Assembly: GCA_039794085.1 (NCBI GenBank)
Contig: JBDIWC010000081.1
Location: 1-12,448, forward strand
DNA length: 12,448 nt
Direction: 5' to 3'
Source of the DNA: Gemmatimonadales bacterium
Lineage (GTDB): Bacteria > Gemmatimonadota > Gemmatimonadetes > Gemmatimonadales > GWC2-71-9
Positions 1-5,695 of this stretch are shown one piece after another (position 1 is the stretch's first letter; the number at the start of each line of letters is the position of its first letter). Under the pieces are notes generated by a model, which saw only the letters and a list, made by a program, of their open reading frames with translations, did no database searches and was not told where the DNA came from. A program made the translations under genes and the position numbers.

Positions 1-103
1 GCAAGCGGCGCACCCACAGGAGCAAGCGGCGCACCCACAGGAGCAAGCGGCGCACCCACAGGAGCAAGCGGCGCACCCACAGGAGCAAGCGGCGCACCCA
101 CAG
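1..103. repeat. 21-bp tandem repeat (GCAAGCGGCGCACCCACAGGA), ~4.9 copies, may extend beyond the window start
   Basis: Exact copies start at 1, 22, 43 and 64, with a 19-nt partial copy at 85-103. There are no spacers. Confidence 0.97.
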
Positions 104-119
104 CAGCCCCTCAGGTGCC

Positions 120-1106
120 TCACTGGACCTTGAGGCGGTGCTCCTTGAGCCACCGGTACACGGTCGAACGATGCACGCCGGAATCCGTGGCGATCATGGC
201 GACGCTCCATCGCAACGCAATACAGTTCCGGAGGTACGCGTCCCGCTTGACCCACGCCGGATCGTGTGACGGTGGGACAGCACTGGGAAAGGTGGCCCCA
301 AGTGAGAGCGCTGTCCGCAGGGTTGTATTCGTGATTACCCCCGCCGAGGCCAGCGAGCATGCCCGGGCCATGACGCTCACGAGTTCCCGGATGTTTCCAG
401 GCCAGGGCTGGTTGCGCAACATGGGCTCACAGCCGGGGGCCAGGGTGGCGTGGTGCTCCCGGGCATAGTACTCGGCAATGAGCTCGGCGTCTCCTGCTCG
501 CTCCCGCAGAGGCGGAAGGGTCACGACCACGCCGCGCAGCCGGTGCAGCAGATCTTCTCGGAGCGTGAAACCCTGGTCGTTGAGGAGGAGGGCGTGGCCC
601 GCTGCGACGAGACGGAATGGCACTTTCCGGTTTACCGTATCCCCAAGGCGGCGAACCTCGCCGGATTCCAGGACACGAAGGAGCTTGGCCTGGGCCGCGC
701 GTGGGAGGCTGCCGATCTCATCCAGGAAGAGGGTTCCGTTCCGGGCGGCCTCGATCAGGCCCCCACGGTCATCGCGGGCTCCGGTAAACGCACCCCGGCG
801 GTGACCGAAGAGTTCCCCTTCCACGAGATCTCCCGGGAGAGCTCCACAGTTGATGTCGACCAGGTTGCCGGAGCGGCCGCTCCAGTGGTGCACCGCACGG
901 GCGGCCACCTCCTTCCCGGTGCCGGTTTCCCCAAGAATCAGGACGGGCATATCCGTGGTGGAGAATTGTTTGAGCAAGGACACCGCATAGCGAAGTCCCG
1001 GCGAATTGCCGATGAATCCGGCGCTGATCATGTCGGCCGTGTTCAGGGGCTCGAGGGTTGCGGGTCCGTCATGAGGTGGACTGGGTGGTGATTGTGACGA
1101 CTCCAT
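120..1106 (-). CDS. Sigma-54-dependent transcriptional activator (bacterial enhancer-binding protein: AAA+ domain plus C-terminal Fis-type HTH), lacking an N-terminal sensory domain
   Basis: Walker A GETGTGKE, INCGAL, ELFGHRRGAFTGA (GAFTGA loop), Walker B LFLDEI, QAKLLRVLE, LPPLRER, WPGNIREL, and HTH-like IATDSGVHRSTVYRWLK. A GGAGG Shine-Dalgarno lies upstream of the ATG at 1106. Confidence 0.95.
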   Translation of the reverse strand: MESSQSPPSPPHDGPATLEPLNTADMISAGFIGNSPGLRYAVSLLKQFSTTDMPVLILGETGTGKEVAARAVHHWSGRSGNLVDINCGALPGDLVEGELFGHRRGAFTGARDDRGGLIEAARNGTLFLDEIGSLPRAAQAKLLRVLESGEVRRLGDTVNRKVPFRLVAAGHALLLNDQGFTLREDLLHRLRGVVVTLPPLRERAGDAELIAEYYAREHHATLAPGCEPMLRNQPWPGNIRELVSVMARACSLASAGVITNTTLRTALSLGATFPSAVPPSHDPAWVKRDAYLRNCIALRWSVAMIATDSGVHRSTVYRWLKEHRLKVQ

Positions 1107-1275
1107 CGTGCCCCTCCCGTGGGTGGTCTACGAACGGGTGATGCTGTTGGCGGGAGATCAGTGGCCGCCCCATGCCCTTCGCGCTGGTGGCGCAGCAAGC
1201 CAACGTACGGAGCCGAGGATCTTCTGACGGGTCCGACGTGGCAGAGAGGGACGATCAGTGATGCCCTGATCTATG

Positions 1276-1302
1276 AGTATAACTTTTCCGAAAGGTGCGC
1301 AA
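1276..1302 (-). promoter_or_regulatory. Possible sigma-70-type promoter for the activator gene (TTGCGC-15 nt-TATACT)
   Basis: Good -10 hexamer TATACT in an AT-richer intergenic patch. The -35 is weak and the 15-nt spacer is short. Confidence 0.2.
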
Positions 1303-1413
1303 CTGCGAATAGTTAGTCAGTGATCGAGTCCTTGACGCTGCAACAACACTGCACTGCAAAACTCTGCCGACCAACCTGGCGGGTGTCAGAATGCTGACGA
1401 AACCGGGGTTTCC

Positions 1414-3330
1414 TCACGGCCAGGGCATCGGCCCGAAGTGCTGGGTCTGCTCAAGACACTGCGTGGCGGCCATGTCTGGTGAGGTGATCGCCATCATGGC
1501 GGTGCCGGGGCGGCTCGCGAAGCGGAACCATTGCAACCGGCGCTCCGCCTCCGCAGTTCGGCCCGAGTACCACGCAAAGATCGCGTCATCATCGGTGCCA
1601 TCGGCAGGCAGCATTTCGATGGCCCGGTGCCAGACGTAGACCGAATCCTCCACGGCCCGCACCGCCCTGGCCGAGTCTGGTTCGGTGGAGCAGAGCCGCT
1701 CATGGAGTTCGTGTGCCAGGGACATGGCGCGGGCCGAGCGATCGAGAAGGCCGGTGATGCGGACCGAGCGGGTCTCCTGGACCATGGCCAGCACCCGTTC
1801 CGCGAGCCGGGCACAGGGGGCACAGGAGCTCCGGCGCCACGACTCCATCTCCTCGCGCCACGTGCGACGGGTCTCGGGGGTGGCCCCCGGGCCGAGGACC
1901 GCGAGCCTCTCCACCTTCCCCAGGAGGAAGGAGGTGAGGGCATGTCGTTCGGTCCGCAGGAGGCGCGGGAACGTGGTCGCCGTGTCGGGACCGAGCTGGC
2001 TCCAGAGGGCCTCCATTCCGTCGAGCATCGTGGCCACGCGCTCGAGGGGTAGCTGTGCCGGGGTGGAGTCACGCAGGGTGGCGAGGGCGCTGCGGGCAAG
2101 ATCCACCTGCGCGATGAGCGAGCCGCCCCCGGTGCGGCGGATCTCGGCGTGGCAGTTCCGCAGCGCCGTCTCTCGCTGCTCTCCCCAGCCGCGGAGCCAC
2201 GGTTGAATCGTGGTCAGCCGGGGGGGCTCGAGACCGGCGTACACGGAGAGGAAGGTATCCCGCTGCCCCACCAGTCGGCCCAGGTCGGCCAGCCGGTCCA
2301 GCCAACTGGAGACATCCCGCTCCAGGGCATACTGGGAGGGGGAGAGGAGCGCTGCTCCCTTCTCGTCGAGAAGGGTTCGGACCGCGACGGAGCGCTGCGC
2401 CAGCGCAGCACGGTCCTCCTCGCTGCCACAGGCGAGGAATCCATTTCCGGCGAGAAGGGTGATGTCGTCGCGGACGCCGCGGACCCGGGATTCAGCGATA
2501 AGCCAGGGGAAATCGGTGAACGGCCGGTCGCCTCGCCGCAGTGTCGGTGGACCCCCGTCTGGCGGGATATGGACAGTGAGGGCCCCTTGCGTGGTGGCTT
2601 CCGCTGCGGCGTTCCTCCCGGCTGGGACGATGATCCAGGCGGCATGGCTGGTGCGCGTCGTGGCAGAGACCGGAACCAACGTGCCGAGGAGGTCGCCTCG
2701 GAGCGACACCGACTCCGATCCGAAGAGAGTGTGCAGCGCGATTCGTGCCGAATCGAGGAGTCCCGAGGGAGAGAAGCGTGAGCCGGAGAGTGGGGTGAGC
2801 GCCTGGAAGGCCCGGGAAACCTTGTCCAGGGTCGCGTCGAAGGCCGATTCATCACTGGCCACGACAGACAGCACCAGGAGCGACGTGTCGGCGAGGCGCG
2901 CGGTGGAGGGGCCGAGGAGTATGGTGGAGGGCTGCACCGTCAGCGTGGGTGGAGAAGTGGTGAGGTCGAGCCCGAAGGGGAGCGCCGGAGGAGTGTTGGT
3001 TTCGGCCGTGGGAAGCACCGTGGCGGTGACGACAAACTGCCGGAATCGCCGGAGGTTTTCTTGCAGCGGCGCGGTCCAGGGACCGGTCTCGCTGGTGCTG
3101 AAGAGCCGGATGCTCAGGTACCGTTCCGCCGGCGGGATCGAAACTGCGGCAGCATCGGGAGCCGCATCGGATAATGGTGCCGGGAGGCGGTGGGGAGTAT
3201 AGAACGTGGTGCCGCAGGCCATGACGGCGACGGAGATGGCGGGTCCGAACGCTGCCCACCACGAGATCGCTGCCCGGCGGAGGACAGGTGGTGGGATGGG
3301 AGGCGAGGGGGTATCGGCGCTGCGTTCCAT
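1414..3330 (-). CDS. Hypothetical ~638-aa protein, possibly a lipoprotein or exported protein; beta-rich N-terminal half, helical C-terminal half
   Basis: Long ORF. The ATG at 3330 (MERSAD...) is preferred over 3474 because it has a GGAG SD 7 nt upstream and a sigma-54 promoter just upstream. RR plus a hydrophobic stretch ending AVMA-C resembles a lipobox. No family recognised. Confidence 0.75.
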   Translation of the reverse strand: MERSADTPSPPIPPPVLRRAAISWWAAFGPAISVAVMACGTTFYTPHRLPAPLSDAAPDAAAVSIPPAERYLSIRLFSTSETGPWTAPLQENLRRFRQFVVTATVLPTAETNTPPALPFGLDLTTSPPTLTVQPSTILLGPSTARLADTSLLVLSVVASDESAFDATLDKVSRAFQALTPLSGSRFSPSGLLDSARIALHTLFGSESVSLRGDLLGTLVPVSATTRTSHAAWIIVPAGRNAAAEATTQGALTVHIPPDGGPPTLRRGDRPFTDFPWLIAESRVRGVRDDITLLAGNGFLACGSEEDRAALAQRSVAVRTLLDEKGAALLSPSQYALERDVSSWLDRLADLGRLVGQRDTFLSVYAGLEPPRLTTIQPWLRGWGEQRETALRNCHAEIRRTGGGSLIAQVDLARSALATLRDSTPAQLPLERVATMLDGMEALWSQLGPDTATTFPRLLRTERHALTSFLLGKVERLAVLGPGATPETRRTWREEMESWRRSSCAPCARLAERVLAMVQETRSVRITGLLDRSARAMSLAHELHERLCSTEPDSARAVRAVEDSVYVWHRAIEMLPADGTDDDAIFAWYSGRTAEAERRLQWFRFASRPGTAMMAITSPDMAATQCLEQTQHFGPMPWP

Positions 3331-3364
3331 GGGAGGCTCCGGGATGGGGGTCCGGAGGACAAGG

Positions 3365-3380
3365 GGCAAGGCGTGTGCCG
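3365..3380 (-). promoter_or_regulatory. Sigma-54 (-24/-12) promoter CGGCACACGCCTTGCC
   Basis: Minus strand reads GG-CACACGCCTT-GC, the exact GG-N10-GC spacing, with GGCAC and TTGC elements matching the consensus TGGCACG-N4-TTGC. It lies ~35 nt upstream of the ATG at 3330. Confidence 0.75.
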
Positions 3381-3439
3381 CGACACAGGGAGAGGAAAGT
3401 GGCGGAGCACCGGGATTCGTGTAGTCTCGGGAGGCACGG

Positions 3440-3473
3440 TGTCGCGCGACTGTCGCGCGACAGTCGCGCGACA
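3440..3473. promoter_or_regulatory. Perfect 34-bp palindrome made of three GTCGCGCGAC palindromes at 11-bp period; candidate upstream activator (enhancer) site
   Basis: T-GTCGCGCGAC-T-GTCGCGCGAC-A-GTCGCGCGAC-A equals its own reverse complement. It is ~85-120 bp upstream of the predicted sigma-54 start site. The palindrome is certain; the function is inferred. Confidence 0.65.
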
Positions 3474-3484
3474 ACCCTCCTTGG

Positions 3485-3517
3485 GAAGCGTGAAGTTGGA
3501 AGTGTGAAGTTCGAAGG
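3485..3517. repeat. Degenerate heptamer tandem repeat (GAAGNNN x ~4.7)
   Basis: GAAGCGT GAAGTTG GAAGTGT GAAGTTC GAAGG. Confidence 0.8.
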
Positions 3518-3528
3518 AAGGGGCCCGG

Positions 3529-3607
3529 GAGGAGAGAGAGGATTGATCTCTGTTCTCACTCCCCTCCCTCTCTCCTCGCGTGGAAAATCCCGAAGCGCTT
3601 CCGTGGT
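3529..3607. repeat. ~80-bp imperfect direct repeat, copy 1 (partner at 4386-4465)
   Basis: GAGGAGAGAGAGG...TTCTCACT...TCCCTCTCTCCTCGCGTGGAAAATCCCGAAGCGCTTCCGTGGT aligns with 4386-4465. It contains a GAG/CTC stem-loop. Confidence 0.8.
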
Positions 3608-3623
3608 GTGAGTCGGCGACATC

Positions 3624-3866
3624 CTAGCCGAAGAGTCGGCGGACCACCTCGGCACGATCGAGTTGGAAGTGGTTGGCGACCTCCGCGAGGATGGCGGCCA
3701 GGGTTCCTACTCGCAGGTTTGGATGGTCGGGAATCGTCAGGTTGTGTTCACCGTGAACCGCAGTTGTCAGTCGGAGATGGCTTCCGACCTGCCGAGTGAC
3801 CGAGTAGCCGAAGTCCTCAAGCCGGCGGGCGACGGCGCGCCCCGAGAGATCCCGGGGCAACTTCAC
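3624..3866 (-). CDS. hicA: HicA-family type II toxin (mRNA interferase)
   Basis: 80 aa with MKLPRDLSG...LEDFGYSVTRQVGSHLRL...LTIPDHPNLRVGTLAAIL, containing the HicA GSH, P-x-H and GTL..IL motifs. The GTG start overlaps the upstream stop (GTGA). Confidence 0.92.
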   Translation of the reverse strand: MKLPRDLSGRAVARRLEDFGYSVTRQVGSHLRLTTAVHGEHNLTIPDHPNLRVGTLAAILAEVANHFQLDRAEVVRRLFG

Positions 3867-4072
3867 GCGGTGATGACTTCATCGTGTACGAGGTGAAGAC
3901 GGAGGACCTTGGGGAGGTCGTCGGGCTCGAAGTGGCAGCGGACGGCTTCGCGGATCGCCTGACGCAGGTCGGGCAGATCATCGGCTTCCGTGATGATCGA
4001 GGTGCCCAACGCCCGGGCGACGTATCCGCCTTCGGGGGCTTCCTCGACGAGAAAGACGAGTTCGGACATCAC
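3863..4072 (-). CDS. hicB: Short HicB-like antitoxin (partial RNase H-like fold only, no DNA-binding domain)
   Basis: Acidic 68-69 aa protein, FLVEEAPEGGYVARALGTSIITEADDLPDLRQAIREAVRCHF, typical of the HicB N-terminal domain. AAGGAG SD upstream; translationally coupled to hicA. The start may be GTG 4072 or ATG 4069. Confidence 0.88.
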   Translation of the reverse strand: MMSELVFLVEEAPEGGYVARALGTSIITEADDLPDLRQAIREAVRCHFEPDDLPKVLRLHLVHDEVITA

Positions 4073-4139
4073 ATCAGGGCTCCTTGGGCATGAAGTAACG
4101 TAACTGCGGGGGTCCGGCCCCGAAAGGCGTGGACGAGGA

Positions 4140-4242
4140 ACGCAACCCCGTTGGGATTGTGATGAATGTGTGCGGCGGTCACCCCGGGTACCGCCCCGCG
4201 GCGCAACCCGGGGCTGTTGAGGACGATGCCCCTTCGTGGCAT
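4140..4242. repeat. REP-like multi-hairpin element, inverted relative to 4717-4819
   Basis: ACGCAACCCCGTTGGGATTG...CCCCGGGTA...GCAACCCGGGGCTGTTGA... is an imperfect reverse complement of ...TCAAGAGCCCAGGGTTG...TACCCTGGG...CAACCCCAACGGGGTTGCGT. Confidence 0.75.
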
Positions 4243-4356
4243 GGCACGGGCGTGGGGTGGAGTCAGTGTGAATCCCGAACGGAATCTGCGATGCCGCTCC
4301 CTGCTTGTGAATTCTATCGCAAGGACACGTGGGATCCCGGGTTGCGGGGAGGGATC

Positions 4357-4437
4357 TGAGGAGTGAGTGGAGAGTGGAGAGCAGTGAGGAGAGAGAGGGA
4401 TGCTCTCACTTCTCACTGCTCTTCCCTCTCTCCTCCC
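4357..4437. repeat. Purine-rich heptamer array followed by a complementary pyrimidine-rich array (long imperfect hairpin)
   Basis: TGAGGAG TGAGTGG AGAGTGG AGAGCAG TGAGGAG AGAGAGG, then CTCTCAC TTCTCAC TGCTCTT CCCTCTC TCCTCCC. Confidence 0.8.
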
Positions 4438-4465
4438 GTGGAGAATCCCGAAGGGATTCCGTGGT
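4386..4465. repeat. ~80-bp imperfect direct repeat, copy 2 (partner at 3529-3607)
   Basis: GAGGAGAGAGAGG...TTCTCACT...TCCCTCTCTCCTCCCGTGGAGAATCCCGAAGGGATTCCGTGGT. Confidence 0.8.
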
Positions 4466-4496
4466 CAAGAGCCCAGGGTTGGCGCGGCAGCGGCCG

Positions 4497-4741
4497 GGGG
4501 CTGAAGCCCCGGCTCGGCGCCTGCGGCGACAGGTCCTGAAGGACCAGAGAGCCCGATCAATACGCGGAGTCATTCCGGGCGACGCGAGGGGAGAATCCCG
4601 AAGGGATTCCGTGGTCATCCGGGGCTGAAGCCCCGGCTCGGCGCCTACGGCGATAGATCCTGAAGGACCAGAAAGCCCGATCAATACGCGGAGTCATCCC
4701 GGGCGACGCGAGGGGAGAATCCTGAAGGGATTCCGTGGTCA
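4497..4741. repeat. Tandem duplication of a 121-bp hairpin-rich unit (4497-4617 and 4621-4741)
   Basis: About 6 mismatches by eye. Each unit has GGGGCTGAAGCCCC, TCCTGAAGGA and GAATCC(C/T)GAAGGGATTC hairpins. A 48-bp segment at 4440-4487 also recurs at 4714-4761. Confidence 0.93.
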
Positions 4742-4819
4742 AGAGCCCAGGGTTGGCGCGGAGCGCCTACCCTGGGTGGGGGCGTGTTCTTGATATCCCC
4801 AACCCCAACGGGGTTGCGT
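4717..4819. repeat. REP-like multi-hairpin element, inverted relative to 4140-4242
   Basis: GAATCCTGAAGGGATTC / CCCAGGGTTG...TACCCTGGG / CAACCCCAACGGGGTTG three-hairpin layout. Confidence 0.75.
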
Positions 4820-4974
4820 GCAAGCGCCACAGGGGGCACAGCGAGAGCAGCTCGCATGGCCATCGGTGATGGTCGGCACACCCGGTGGCGTGAGCCACCT
4901 CAATGGGCCGAGCAAGGGGCGTCAGCCCCGGGAAATCCGCCACTGGGCGTCATGCGTCAACGTGCGCGGAGGTT

Positions 4975-5095
4975 CCGGCGCACGGCCTGCGCCTCCTCGG
5001 TCAGCGCGATCACGTTGCCTGGCTCGGCGGCATGCGCAGTACATGATCCCGGTTGTCCCGGTGTGCGGGGAGTCCAACTCTCCCCCGCGGCTCCA
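4975..5095 (-). pseudogene. Small degenerate Rhs-core relic
   Basis: Translates as WSRGGELDSPHTGTTGIMY (cf. WSAEGELDSLHTGTTGVKY), then after a frameshift and deletion AHAAEPGNVIALTEEAQAVRR (cf. AHADGLGNVIALTDEVQAVRR in the Rhs copies). Confidence 0.85.
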
Positions 5096-5162
5096 ACCCG
5101 TCACAATTGCCCGGGCTGGTGCCGTATCCCGGCGCCGCCCACGGGAACCGGCCCGGCACCAA

Positions 5163-5695
5163 GGGCCGACGGCCCGCCCCATATCAGCCCGGGGCAACGC
5201 CCCAGGGGGCCATCAGGTGAAGAACCCATCGGGCTGAAGGCCCGAGCCATCCTCTCATCCCCATACGAAGCGTTCGTCGAAGGGCACCTCGTGTTTCCCC
5301 AGGAGCTCTCGATACTCCTCCTCGAAGGTCCGAATCCGGTGGTGCTCATCCTGCCGCTCGATGTACCGACAGAGTCGCTCTCGCTCCGAGGCCCGGACGG
5401 AAAAGGGGCACCTTCAGGGTCTCGACCAGGCCAGCGACCATCCGCGTGCGGGCCAGGTTGAGCGCACCCGGCGGCGCGGGACACGACGGCCAGATACGCA
5501 TGCAGCGCCGGCCGGAGCGACGGGTTCAGCAAGGGTCGCCGATCCTTCGTGCTGAACACCAGGTGGATGAGGACCAAGGAGAGGGATTGTGGCATTACCC
5601 GGGCTCGATGGGTCGGGCTTTCAGCCCTTCGGGTCGTCTGCACCTTCCATTCCCGGGGCGTTGCCCCGGGCTGGTATGCTCCGGGCCTTCAGCCC
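5163..5695 (-). mobile_element. Decayed IS200/IS605-like (TnpA Y1 / RAYT-like) element: tnpA remnant between ~90-bp inverted hairpin repeats
   Basis: 5163-5251 and 5607-5695 are imperfect inverted copies (GGGC-GA-GGCCC, CAGCCCGGGGCAACGCCCC, GGGCTGAA(G/A)GCCCGA-CCATC) directly flanking the tnpA remnant. No tnpB. Confidence 0.8.
5255..5595 (-). pseudogene. tnpA: IS200/IS605-family (Y1 HUH) transposase pseudogene with two internal frameshifting deletions
   Basis: Three frames give MPQSLSLVLIHLVFSTKDRRPLL...LHAYLAVVSRAAGC / LNLARTRMVAGLVETLKV / FSVRASERERLCRYIERQDEHHRIRTFEEEYRELLGKHEVPFDERFVWG*. The N- and C-termini are typical of Y1 TnpA. The DHVH (HUH) and WQxGY segments are missing. Confidence 0.92.

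Noticed and set aside
1..103. Possible CRISPR array
   Set aside because: Head-to-tail repeat with no spacers.
1355..1370. Second sigma-54 promoter candidate upstream of the activator (minus strand CGGCAGAGTTTTGCA)
   Set aside because: GG-to-GC spacing is 9 nt rather than the strictly required 10.
3331..3474. N-terminal extension of the 686-aa ORF to 3474
   Set aside because: It runs through the palindrome and the sigma-54 promoter. The ATG at 3330 has a clear SD.
1391..3655. Many overlapping ORFs, e.g. 2210-3202 (+), 2149-2781 (+), 2852-3655 (-), 1494-2099 (-)
   Set aside because: Arg/Pro/Ser-rich alternative frames expected at high GC. They overlap the better-supported 1414-3330 gene.
4440..4761. 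Possible CRISPR array (recurring GAATCCCGAAGGGATTCCGTGGTCA)
   Set aside because: The intervening sequences are near-identical duplicates rather than unique spacers, spacing is irregular and too long, and there are no cas genes.
4069..4881. Short ORFs 4069-4416, 4406-4684, 4557-4742, 4681-4881 and plus-strand counterparts
   Set aside because: These are translations of non-coding repeat elements; the duplicated peptides simply mirror the DNA repeats.
5101..5643. 180-aa ORF as an intact transposase
   Set aside because: Only ~44 codons from 5595 match TnpA. The rest is out of frame and the HUH motif is absent.
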